Source: Paraspadella gotoi (taxonomy: Eukaryota; Animalia; Chaetognatha). From it: a DNA stretch of 63,976 nt. How positions within the stretch are numbered: the stretch's first letter is position 1; every line of letters begins with the position of its first letter. Shown piece by piece: positions 49,261-62,530 of the stretch. The stretch spans positions 67,846 to 131,821 of the forward strand of contig CM119264.1 of the NCBI GenBank assembly GCA_051294375.1. The letters are read 5' to 3'. The notes under the pieces were generated by a model, which saw nothing but the letters and a program-made list of their open reading frames with translations, made no database searches and had not been told where the DNA came from. The position numbers and the translations under genes are program-made.

Positions 49261-51163
49261 CCACGCAAGACCTGCAAAGAGCAAAGGCGATAAGTATTTA
49301 GTATTTTAGTATTTAGTATTAAGCACACGGACTAAAAATATACTAGAAATGTTTTGAATAAGTCGGCTAAGTGGGCTGAAAGACACTCTCCGATTTTTGC
49401 GCCTCACTAAACTCACTCACTCACTCTCCTCTCTCTCTCTCCACCTTCTTTCTGGTTTCAATCCCATTATCTGAATGAAAAAGAAAACTGTCCGCTTTCT
49501 ACCAAGCGGAGACAAGCGGAGCAGCGGTGGCAGCGGAGGGCGGCGGCTCTGAGCGCTGTCGCCCACCGTCGGTTGCCTTTCAAGACAAATGGAATTTCTC
49601 GCAAATCGGTATAGTTTTTTTTTCTTCCTTTTTTTCTTTAATTTTTTTTCCCTTTTTTTTATTTATTTTTTCGCTTTTTTTCCTCTTCACTTTTGGTCAC
49701 GTTGGTCTGGCAGTACGGTCTTCTTGTCTGTTTCATCGTATCTCTCCCACTCAAGGTTAAAAATATCATTACTAGGGTTATAACCTCTTCATATTTAGTT
49801 CAATAATTTGGCATATAATTGAGTTATTAATGAGACTTTTAATGTCCAATAGATAATTGTCATACTTGTGAATCACGATGATCATCTTAAAAAGCGTTTA
49901 ATTTAATAAGGTTTAATAGTTTTATTCATTGGACGATGATCCAAATCAAACGTTGACCGCTTGTTATTCTTTTGACATTTGAATCTACACGCGAAAGAAA
50001 GTCACTCGTGCATCAAAACATTGAATTTACTATTCTTGTTTATTTTCTTTTATATTTTTTTCTTCACTATTTTGTCTTTGAATCTTTTCTCTCTAGAATT
50101 TGTCTTCCTCTACCTTTGGCGGATTAAAGGCGATTAACTCCAGGACAACATTTTCCAGAGCTAAAAGACGGACGAACGACGAATGATGACGAACGACGAC
50201 GACGACGACGACGACGACGACACGACGACGAACGAACGACGACGACTACAGATGGTGATTTTCAAGTAATTATATTCACTGCTACTGTGGGCTACCACTG
50301 TTTTAGTGCAATATGAATAACTTGAACTCCGCCACTTAGCATTAAGGATCGGTTATCGGTTAATCGGTTGATCGGTTCATCGTGATCGGTTGATCGGTTA
50401 AATCATTGATCGGTTGATAGGTTGATCGGTTGAGTCCGTTGATTGTTGACTCGGTTGAGTCGGATTGAGTCTGTTGATTGGTTGATCGGATTGATCCGTT
50501 GATCCGTTGATCCGTTGATCGGTTAGTCCGGTGATCGGTTGATCAGTTAATCAGTTTAATCAGTTTAATCAGTTTAATCATTAATCAAGTTGATCGGTTG
50601 ATCGTTGATCGTTGATCGGTTGATTCCCGTTGATCGGTTGATCCGTTAATCGGTTGACATCGGTTGATCGTTGATCGTTGATCGGTTAATCAGTTGATCG
50701 GTGATGATCTCCAAAGGGAATCTCCCTCTGTAGTCATGGCAATGTCTCGGTATGTTGACTGTGGGCATATTTCGCGCCGTCGTTCGGTCCTTTAAGTTTC
50801 TTAATTGAAATAATCTAATATCATAATATATGTTTAATTGAATTTAAAATATATTAACAAAGTTTAGCCTGACAAACGATGCGTAAGATTCTCAGCTATA
50901 ATCTGCTTTTCTTTTTTTCCTTCTTACTTATTTTTTACTTTTCTTTTTTGTTTTTCTGTCATTTTTCTCTTCTCTGTTTCTTTTTTTTTTCTCTTTCTTT
51001 TTCTTCCTCTTTTTACTTTCTTGGTCTCTTTTTCTTTCTTTTTCTAATTTTCTTTCTCTTTACTTTCTTTGCCTTCTTCCCACTCCAGAAGTAACGTTCT
51101 TTTCCGCTCCTAATTTTTCCCCGATGACCTTGCCAACATCTCTCTCTCTCTCTCTCTCTCGAA

Positions 51164-51197
<34 letters not shown>

Positions 51198-51366
51198 ATG
51201 CTCTCTCTCTCTCTCCTCTCTCTCATCTCTCTCTTCCGCCGGTAAGATTGTTTTTCGTTAATCTGATATCTACCTTGTCTATTGTTCCGTCTATCCTGTC
51301 TATCGCGTCTTTTGGCTGATCCTATCTTTGTGTCTTTCTGTCCGCCTCTGCAATCTCTCTCTTTCT

Positions 51367-51398
<32 letters not shown>

Positions 51399-52150
51399 CT
51401 CTCCTCTCTCTCTCATCTCTTCTCTCTCTCCGCTCTCGTCCTCTCAATCTTTTTAAATTTTCTTCTTCTTTTTTTTTGTCGGTTTTCTTGCAATCACTTT
51501 TCCTTTCCCATCAATTTTCTTTTCAATCCACTTTTCTTCGCCAATCACTTTTACATCTTTACATCTTGAAGTAAAAAATTTCGGTCTGTCTGTCGGTAGG
51601 ATCGGTCAGTCGTCCCTCTACTTATAAATTACTCTTTAATTTTCCGCTTGGTTGCTCTTTGTTTAAATTTTCCCCACACGGAAAGAAAGGCGAATCTTAA
51701 ACTCCCCGTTCGCAGCCAACCATTTTCGTTTTAAAAATAAACTATAAATGACGGAATTCCCGATAACAGAGCGAAGGCGTCTAACGATAAATTGCTGAAC
51801 TGATTTGTTCTCACAATAATACTCGGCGTGATCACTCGAAATAAACGTGATAAGAAAGTCACAAAACGGGCACAAACATTATAATTATTACTGTTTTTGG
51901 TTTCAGTTTTAACTATTAATTTTAGTTTTTCCTTTTTTTTATTTCTTTCCTCTTTTTTCTGTTTATTAAAATTGAAATTTTTTGCTATTTTATTTGGGCT
52001 CAATTCGTTCCGTTTTCTTGATTTTTTTTTAATGCTCCATGATCGGATTGCAATCCTTAAGCTTTATCCTAACGTTATTACTAATTTTAAATCTCTAAAG
52101 TCTAACAACTCAAACTACCAGAAATTAAGGACAAATGGGACGCTATAAAA

Positions 52151-55003
52151 AACAATTTGAGCAAAACAATGTCGGAATCTGCCTACGATAATTAATTAAT
52201 TAATTAATTAATAAATTAATAATAGATTAATTAATTATTTAATATAGATTAATTATAATTTATATTCAGCTTTGTCCATCATCGATGCCTTAAAAAATTG
52301 AGTCAGGACAGTTATTAAATGTTTTGTTTACATTTATCAAAAAACAAACAAATAATCCTCTATTTATCGAGCCAGCGGGCAAAGCCCGTCTGTCTAGATT
52401 TTTTTTCGGTTTAGCTTTCGGTCCTCGCTTTTTTTGCAATCATGGCTTCTGAAAGTGTGATATCATAGGAAGTTGAATTTTTCATAATATGGCTCTAATG
52501 CATCAAGATCTTTAAAATTTCTATGTTTCATATCAATATTGTATTTGTTTATGTTTTATTTTACAAACAAAAACTTTTAAATTATATGTCTGCTCTCTCT
52601 CTCTCTCATTTTTTCTCCGTCACTGCTTTCTTCTATAAAACGAGTTTCCGGGCTCTGCAGCGTCTGTTCCAGCTTCTTTCTCTCTCTCTCTCTCTCCCTC
52701 TCTCTCTCTCTCTTTTTTTTTATAACAAAAATTTTTTAGATATAATGTGGGCGGTTCACTAATGGTAAAATAAAAACGATGCCGGCTGAACAGGGCGCGA
52801 ACCCGGGGTCCTTTGGGTAGAGAATAGGCTCACGCTACGTGCGGCGCCATAAGTACTGCGATTCTTTAACGAGTAAAGGGGCTGTAAGAAGCTCTCTCTC
52901 TCTCTCTTCTTTTTAATTATTATATATCGCTATTATCTCTTTCTCTTTTCTCTTGCAGCGGCTGCTCTCTCTCTCTCTCTTTTATCTCTCTCTCTCTCTG
53001 TCTCTCCTGTCTCCTCTGTGTGTGTCCGTCCCTATCCTGTCCGATCTTTTGCGTGATCGTTTGTTTTTTTTTGAAAATTCTGATTATTTTTTTTCCTTCC
53101 TAAAAACTTTTTTATTGCCATTTATCGCGCTTTTTTTTCAATACAAAATCCCAAATTTTCATCCGCGATTTTCAGTGGATTTATTCTCTTTCTTTCTCTC
53201 TTCTCCTATCTCTTTCTCTTCTCTCTTTCTTTCTTCTCTCCTCATTTCTCCTCTCTCTCTCTCTCTTCCTCCATCTCTCTCTCCTCTTCTTCTCTTTCAA
53301 GACTCATACTCACGCATTTGGTTTTGTTTTATTCGATTGAACTATCATCGCATTCAATGAATGACAATCAATGGCGCATCAAATGATGACAATCATCGCA
53401 TCACTGAAATGACTATCATCACAAGCAAAGTGAATGAACTATCAATAACATCAATAATTGATTACACGTAACAATAATCAATTCCTATTACAATCAAATA
53501 AATTACTATTACATCAATCATTAGTATTACTCAATCAAATTACCTAGTACATCAAACAATTCGTTATCGCATGAATTCATATCGTTTTTTTTCCCCCGGT
53601 TTTTTTCATTAATTTTCTATGATAGTGGGCTCTGCTCGATCTGAGTCTTTTAAGATTTTTTTATTTTATGTCTCCTTCTCTCTCTCTCTCTCTCTCACTC
53701 TCTCTCTTTCTCTCTCACTCTCTCTCTCTCTCTCACTTCTCTGATCTTTCTCTCTCTCATCTCTCTCTCTTTTTTATGCAATAGCGACGAATCCTTATGC
53801 TTTTAAGAATTTTTTTACTTGCAATCAATTTTATTCAATTGCATAATTTTTTTCAATCTTGCATTCCGTCAAAACTTTATATCTAGCTCTTTTCAACTCA
53901 CTTTCCTACCGCTCACCAAAATTTCATCTCAACTATCATGGGTTTAAAATAAATTAAAAAGATTCCAAGTAAATGTGACTCATATTTTTTTTCATTTAAA
54001 CTCCATTTCCACTGGTACGTTCCACTGAAACTTTTATCAGCTTCGTCATACGTTTTCCTACCCAACACAAAATTTCAACTTCAATCTATCCACCAATTAT
54101 GATTAAATAGGAGTATTTTATTGGTTAAAAATAAGTAAAAAAGATTTTAGTAAATTCGACTTATGTTTTTTTCCTTTAACTAATTTCCACTCACCGACGA
54201 ATGTCCCATCGAATTTTATATCCAGCTTTATCACAAACTTTCCTACCCTACAAACACAAAATTTTAAATTCCAATCCAACCCACAGCCAATCACGGAAGT
54301 TTATTGGGAGCTTTTTTGCTAAGATGGGACCGGATGGAACGGATTGTTGACTAATTATTAATTATGATTAATTTATTTACTAATTGATTAATTAACTGCA
54401 ATTAAATTATTTGATTTATTAATACATGCCTGCAGAATACATTTAATATAAGGAAAAGAAGATAATCAATTAGTTAAAACAGGTTTTGTTGTTTTTTTCC
54501 ATTTAAAACTCATTTCACTCAAAACTATTCCATCGAAACTTGAATTTCCTGTTCAATCACACACTTTCTCTACCCCACATACAAATTCCCAGGTCATCAA
54601 CCATCACTCATGCGCAATTGGTGTTCAAATAGTGGAATATATTTTTTTGTTTTTTTCCATTTAAACTCCAGTTCCACTCGGACGACCATCGAAATTAATA
54701 TCCAAGCTCAATCACACACTTACCTTATCACACACAAAATTTCATTTAAATCCATCCAGCCAATCTACGAGTAATTGGTGTTTTTTGCTAAAGGTGGACG
54801 GACGGACCGGGCGGACGGACGGACGGACAGACGGACGGACGGACATACATTTTTTTTGGCATAATTTATCATAATTCGAATGTCTGACATGATATAAGAG
54901 TGGTGCCCGACAATATTGAAGGGGGCGGACCGACGGAAACCGAAAAGTTGAGTTTATAAAGAGTTATAGAGTCGGGATCTGCTGATAAGCAAATCCGACT
55001 TAA
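52151..55003 (-). mobile_element. Long (2.85-kb) DINE-1/HINE-like family A insertion absent from the duplicate copy
   Basis: Starts aacaatttgagcaaaacaatgtcggaatctgcctacgata and ends gtcgggatctgctgataagcaaatccgact, like 34526-35568. The empty site is the A-run at ~43278-43286. Confidence 0.72.
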
Positions 55004-56025
55004 AAATAATTCCTAATTTTATATGAAATAATTTAGAGAAGAGTTTAAAATAGATCTCAACAAACGATTTATTTGAAACAGTAATAATAACCGGACTGTT
55101 TCGGCTCTTGTTCAAGCCTCATCAACCACCCTAAACATGTCCGTTAATATATTACTGTATATTAAATCGTTGTTGAATCATTTCAACTCTTCTCTAAATC
55201 TCAACCACACAAACGAAAAAGAAAGTATTATAATGTCTAATGGAAATAATTTACTAATTTTCATCATCTTTTTTTACTTTATTTTCAATATTATATAATT
55301 CTATATATTCCGTCCCATGTTAATTCATAATTAATCGATGTTCAAACATGCACCATTTATATCTCTTCTTTCTCCTCTCATTTCCTTTTCATCCACCATT
55401 TTTTCCCCTTTCTTTTTATGCTCCATTTTTTTTTCTTCCGCATTTCCATCCACTTTAGTTTTCCTGTTTCTTTTGTTTTTTTTTTGTTTTGTTTTTTTGT
55501 TTCGCCGCAAGAACTCGGCGTTAGAAACTCGATAAGTCCACTTTTTTGGTTGGTCAGTCGTTCGGTCGATCCCACTGACGTTAAAAATGTTAGTAACTCT
55601 TTAATACCTTCATCAATTAAGTTCATAATTTGGGTATGGAAGTTAGTTACCTTTAATATACATCACACTTGTGAAATCACGTGATCATCTTAAAAATCGA
55701 TCACATGATCCAAAACTCACATGCTGCTTATATAGGATTGCTCTTTTGTTTATTTTCATCTACTCGAATATAATTGACTGCTTCTGATACATTTTTGTTT
55801 TTAAAAATAAATCATTCAAAAAATAAAAAAAAATTTCGACAGTAAGTGTGTGTCGAAACATTCACAGAAATGATAAGAATGTGATGTGATAAGAAAGTCA
55901 CTGCTGGCGCAACAACATTTCTCTTTTTTTTCTTATTTCCTCCTTTTTTTCTTCTTTGCCTTAATCCTTGTTCCCTCCTTGTTCCCTCCTCTTTCCCGCC
56001 TCCTCTCTCTCATCTCTTCTCTCTC

Positions 56026-56067
<42 letters not shown>

Positions 56068-56234
56068 CTCTCTTCTCTCAACTCCCTCTTTTTCATGAAA
56101 TATATCACAAAAAAAAACCTTAACTAGGACTAACCGATTTTTTATTATTGTGAGCCAGCCTCGTGATTTGTTTCACTTATCACCCTTTCTCNNNNNNNNN
56201 NNNNNNNNNNNNNNNNCCCTCCCTCTTTCCCGGC

Positions 56235-56309
<75 letters not shown>

Positions 56310-56886
56310 AAACTCCCTCTTTTTCATGAAAAATCACAAAAAAAAACCTAACTAGACTAACCGATTTTTATATTGTGCCAGCCTCTGATTGTTCACCTTA
56401 TCACCCTTTCATCGCCCCCGAGAATTCACAGCTCAAACATTTCCCAGCTCCCAACTGCGATAAACCAATTAACACTTAAATTAAATCGCCAGTAAATATC
56501 ACATCCATTCTCGGTCGAATCGCTTGTAAACAAGCAAAGAGGAGAAGCATCGAAGCTGCTTGGTCCATCTTGTCGGCAAACGAGACCTCAAATTTGATTG
56601 TGTTTGAAAAGTAAGAAGAGACGGCAATCAAAAAGCAAAGACCATCTGTTTGTTTCTGGCACCGCCCTGGCGTCTCGAAGGAGAGTGAGAGAAAATAAAT
56701 TATGAATTTAAAACGATTGATAAAATAACAAAAAAGAAAATAAAATGAAAATGTGTATGATTTATAAGATGATATAAGTTGGTGCCCTTGGTATTTTTTT
56801 GCGTTATGCATCCCAAAATTATTTGATGTTGAAGTCAGAAATGTATTTTGCTTTCTCTCTTAAATCTTTGTGGAAAAATTTTTTTA

Positions 56887-59284
56887 CAGAGTCTGCTCAA
56901 AAAAAGTTTAAACATTGAACCCCTACTATCTGCTTGTTTGTCGTCCTATTAATTTAAATTTTGGGTTCATATGAAAGCTAATGACGAGGTTTTTAAGCTA
57001 AATATTATAGTAAGAGTGCTAAAATAAAAAAAAGGATCGAAATTTTGTCTACAAAGTTTATTTTTGCGAAAAAAATTCTTATCCATCTTTATTTTTGGTT
57101 TTTTATGTTTTTTTACTATGAAACTTCTTAACACAGCTTAACCCCAAAAAAAGCTCGCCAATTGTTGGGCTTGGAAGGCGGGTTTTCAAGTAGAGACGAG
57201 AATCTCCTTAAAATAAAAATTCAACATTTTTCTAATAGAGATTTCCCGTTAAAAATCTGACTACCCCAAATTGCAAACCGGAGATTGCCAGAAATTCGGT
57301 AAAACACAGATCGTTAAAAACACACGATTCCATAGCGTCTATGCTTAAGAAGATGTAGCCAAATTCTCTTATGCGCCCCAATTTGATAAAAAGATTTAAT
57401 ATCAAACAAGCCAGGGGAAATGCACTAGTCATCTCCGGAGAATTTTCAACCTTGTTTTTACTTATAGAAATGAAAGGGAATTTGCTTTTCAAAAATTGTA
57501 AACGGGCTAGGCGTATGGTAACATTATAAATATTACTTCGAATTGTGAGATTTAAAAAGCTCTTGTCTCAAGAGGCTTGCCAAATTTTTCTTTCATTATT
57601 GACCAAACTCTTCATAGTAAACCAACATTGTAAGTCATTTGGTCTGTTGACAACATGAATTTTATTTATAAAGAAATTAAAAGGAAGGTTGAGAGAAAAC
57701 TGATTTTTCCTGATATCTCTTGAAGGAACAAAGATACAGGATGGCAATAGTACCAAAATGAAGCCATAATCATTAGGCAACATACAAGACTATTTAGAAT
57801 TATTTTTGCTGAAAACCTCTTTACAGGGGAGTGTCAAACTAAGTCAAATTATAATGAATTAAAACTAATGAAACCCATAAAAATAAATGGAAATTAATCT
57901 TTAGTGATCTTGAAAGCAAAAAAAGGCTAAATTGTACTATAGTAAAACTTTTTAAAGTTTTTTGGGATAAAATAATATAATTTTTTTTCAACTTAAATAT
58001 TTGCTTCACTGCATATTACAACATGCTTACAAAAATTACTACAAAATATTATTTCCACCCCATTCACAGCCTAACTATTTATCTTTCTTTTTCCACCAGG
58101 CAAAAAAGTAAACATTATTTATGGTTAGACGAGAACGGGACTGTAGTATGAATGAAGCTGGAAGACGTTCAACTACTTCACTTAATGTCATTTTTCAATA
58201 ATAAATAAAATAGGCGAAATCTTTTAATTATTTAACTCCTCACCGGCTTCACAAGACATTTTAACTTTTCATAATACCCAATCGTTAATGTTATTGCATA
58301 TATTTTTTACGCAGAAATCATTAAAAACAGAAAGTTATGGATTCCCTTCGCTCGTTTAAGAAAAAAAAAAAATTAACTAGCGGAATTATAAAGTTGAAGA
58401 GGAGGAAGGTCAGAATCGGCGAAAAATTCTTAAAAGGCGAGAATGTTTGAAAAAAAGGTGTGGAATTTTGATGGTTTTCCTAAGATTCTCCACAATGTGA
58501 GGTCCGCATTTATAAACGGCGAAACTTGAGGGATTTAACAATATTTCCCGTCATTCCACATCTTCCGATAAAAAAATATAAGAAAAAGTCACTGGGCTCT
58601 TTTTCTATAGCGGACTTCCTATGTCAAGATATAGGATCGCCAAACAGTCTGCATTTCCTCTCTTAAAGCCCTCTTGCCAGAGTTGTCAAACAAATTTGAA
58701 GCCAACTTGGAAAACCGTTGGCGAGCATGATTGAAGCAAGTGGCCTTGGCATGTCCACAAAGAGCAAAGGACGATGACCTGGGAACAGTCTCGCAATTCA
58801 AGACCGTTAAGAACTTCTGCAAGCCCAGTTGAGAAAAAAAATGGAGGAAAGAAAAATTTTGTTGCCAGTCATTTAACAGTGAACATGGGCGGCATTCATA
58901 GAGGATAGAGCTCCTGGATACAAAAATTTCATGATGAAATCGGGATTGGAAATGCCTCAAAGGTTAGCCCGGAAATTCGGACTGACTGCAACAATCATCG
59001 AAAAATATCTGGTCAAGAATGAAAAGGGACATTTTCGTACCAAAGCCGCAATGACAGTCGACAATAGTCAAGACAATTTTAAAAACACATTGGGGGAGCT
59101 GAGCCCTTCATATTGCCCAGCCTTTACGACTCTTTTCCCTTTGGTCTCATGTAAACCGTGCGAGAAGCCAATAGTGGTCCCGACAATTGTATTTAACTAA
59201 CTGAGTCCTGAAAAAGTATTATACTTCAAATAACGAAATTAAAATGACTTTATCATACTATTAAACTTTTTTTGAGCATATCTG
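56887..59284 (+). mobile_element. Tc1-like deletion derivative, copy A, interrupted by a 1.43-kb insertion
   Basis: Same TIRs and transposase remnants as 62531-63481, with read-like indels. Confidence 0.8.
57191..58621. mobile_element. Unclassified 1.43-kb insertion in the Tc1 ORF (possibly hAT-like)
   Basis: Absent from copy B. Target (T)TGTCAAG appears duplicated (ttttcaag 57183-57190; tgtcaag 58622-58628). Ends TAG...CTA, but TIR similarity beyond that is poor. Confidence 0.45.
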
Positions 59285-59339
59285 TTACAATTCAGACTAC
59301 CACATTTCCGTTATGTTTCTGCTCTCTCTCTCTCTCATC

Positions 59340-59383
<44 letters not shown>

Positions 59384-60537
59384 AATCTCTCTTCTCGCTC
59401 TCTCTCTCTCTAAATTCTCTCTCTCTCTAGAATATATCCTCTCTTAAATCTTCATCTTCTCTTCTCTACTCTCCTCTCTCTCTCTCTCTCTCTCTCTTTT
59501 CTCTCTCTCTCACCTCTCTCTTGCTCTAAAATCTCTCTCTCTCTCTCGCTCTAAATCTCTCCTCTCTCTCTCTCCCTTTCTCTCTCCCTCCTAAAACTTC
59601 TTCTCCCTCTCTCTCTCCTCCCTCCTTCCCTCCCTCCTTCTCACTCTTCTCTCTCTCCAATCCCGATTTCCATTCAGTCTTCGCATTTTGGGGAAATTCA
59701 GTCAAAAAAAAATGGTTGCGCTCGTCGTTGGCAACATTAAAAGAACACCATTGATTAGAGACATGGATAGACAAAGGCATACGACAAGTTATTTTGCATC
59801 TGTGTTCATGTGCATTGGTGATTGTAAAGCAACTAAAATATGCAGGGTCGAAAATTATGAGAGAGAGGAGAGAGAGACGAGAGAGAGAGAGAGAGGAGAG
59901 CAGAGAGAACGATTGGTGAGAGAGGACGAGAAAGAGAGGAGAGAGAGAGAGACGTAATTCGTGCCTGCCTCAACTCTAAAAGTGAAGTCGATTTTTTTTT
60001 TTTTCTTTTTTTTTTTTCTGAAAAGGAACAAACACAGAGCAAATACAAATAATGCAGGAATGCGTTGCAAAAATTAACTTATGTCAAAAAAAACGTGAGA
60101 ACAAATAACGGGGAAGATAAAAATTTGAAAAAGAAAAAAATTCCCATTTTGTGTGAGGTATCGTTTTGTGGTGCGCATGAAATGTGTTCGTCCTTGTTGA
60201 GTTTGCGTAAGCTTCAAAATCTTAAGATGAAAGTCAAAGAATTGAAACAATTAAGGACATTCTCTCTCTCTCTCTCTCTCTCTCTCGCTCTCTCTCTTCT
60301 CTCTTCTCTCTCTCTCTTCTCTTCTTTCTGTTCTCTCTCTTCTCTCTTCCTCTCTCCTCTCTCCTCTCTCCCTCTCTCTCTCTCTCTCTCCTCTCTCTAA
60401 CTCTCCCCTCGTGGTCCGCTTTATTCGATTCAGCTCGATTATCCACACGAAAACAAATGAGATTTCTTTTCACCAACTTATCTCCTCTCCTCTACCTCCT
60501 CTCTCCTTTCTATTTCTTCCTCTCTCTTCTCCTCTCT

Positions 60538-60582
<45 letters not shown>

Positions 60583-61467
60583 CTCTCTCTCCTCTAATCT
60601 CTTTCTCTTCTCTCTTCTCTCTCTCTCCTTTCTCTATCTTCTCTCTATATTTTTCTTGGTTCTGTATTTTTATCTGTAATAAATCTGACTTAATTTATTA
60701 ATCTTATTTATCATTAAAAAATATTATTCAATTATTACTAAATTCAGCAACGCCTAGCTCTTATCCACATATCTCAACCATAGGGAAAAGACTTCTTTTC
60801 TTTCGCATTACTTCGCCAAATGAACAGGTTTAAGCGATAGTCTGTTAACCGGAAATATATGGCTAAAATAAAATATGCTTTCCTCATAAACGGATGTTAA
60901 TCACAAAATTTATGTACTAATACGTATATACGATAACTCTTTCAAGCAAGAAAAGTTAAACTATGAAGTAGCTCGCTCAGTTGAAAAGAAAGCAGAGAGA
61001 TAGAGTGTGAGATGGAACGGGAAACGAGAGAGAGAGAGAGAGAGAGAGAAGAGAAGAGAGAGAGAAGAGAGAGAGAGGAGAGAGAGAGAGAGAGGAGAGA
61101 GAGAGAGGAAAGAGAGGAGAATATTTCATGTTATTATGATTTTATAAAGATTTTCTATTTTTCCCAGCGTAGTTTTCGTCCATTGAGTGTTAAAAAGATG
61201 CAGGGGCTTGGTATAAAGACTGGAAAGGAGAGAGAGGAGAGAGAGAGAGGAGACGAGAGCAGAGAGGAGGAGAGAGAGAGATGAAGAGAGAGAGAAGAGC
61301 AGTGAGAGAGAGAGAGCGAAATTTGTTATTAATGAGAGAGCATGTGAGAGAGAAGAGAACAAAGAATGAGAACTAGAGGAAAGAGAGAAATAGTAAGTTA
61401 GAGAGAGAGGAGAAGAGAGGAGAGAAATGAGGAGAGAGAGAGGGAGAGAGAGAGAGATGGAGAGAGA

Positions 61468-61504
<37 letters not shown>

Positions 61505-61625
61505 CAGAGATAAGAGGAGAGGAAAGCCTTCAGAATGGTTTTTCCCTCCCCCTTTCAAGCGGAGAAGAATAAAACATTCTTCATTTCAAAAAGACGCAGT
61601 TAATTTACTACCGAGTGGAATATGG

Positions 61626-61710
<85 letters not shown>

Positions 61711-61805
61711 AATATGATAGATCCTGTGTCTTGCGCTTTTGTTTTCCTCGTCGCGTCGTCGACTTTTATTGATATTTCAATTTTTTTTTGTTTTCATTGA
61801 TTTTC

Positions 61806-61848
<43 letters not shown>

Positions 61849-61873
61849 ATTTCTTTCCTCTCTCTCTCTCTCT

Positions 61874-61917
<44 letters not shown>

Positions 61918-62530
61918 ACTTTTTTTAGACGTTGAAAAATTGTTTCTTTTCACGTTAAACGCAGAGACAAGATAAAGTTGAATGGATAATTTAGGAATAA
62001 ACAATACAAGAGTAAACAAGAAACGTAATTTTGGGTACATTGGTCATTTGTTATCTTCTCTCTTTGCCCCCGAGAATTCACAGCTCAAACATTTCCCAGC
62101 TCCCAACTGCGATAAACCAATTCACACTTAAATTAAATCGCCAGTAAATATCACATCCATTCTCGGTCGAATCGCTTGTAAACAAGCAAAGAGGAGAAGC
62201 ATCAAGCTGCTTGGTCCATCTGTCGCAAACGAGACCTCAAATTTGATTGTGTGTGAAAAGTAAAGAAAGACGGCAATCAAAAAAGCAAAGACCATCTGTT
62301 TGTTTCTGGCACCGCCTGGCGTCTCGAAGGAGAGTGGAGAAAATAAATTATGAATTAAAACGATTGATAAAATAACAGAAAATAAATGAAATGTGTTATG
62401 ATTTATAAGATGATATAAGTTGGTGCCCTTGGTATTTTTTTTGCGTTATGCATCACAAAATATTTGATGTTGAAGTCAGAAATGTATTTTTGCTTTCTCT
62501 CTTAAATCTTTGTGGCGAAAATTTTTTTTA

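Larger units (their letters stand above)
36790..55985 (+). other. Direct duplication: clean 36790-44260 vs indel-rich 45000-55985
   Basis: Collinear throughout (e.g. 37755-38640 = 46300-47200; 40030-40620 = 49130-49750; 43285-44260 = 55003-55985). The second copy has dense 1-nt indels. Confidence 0.88.
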
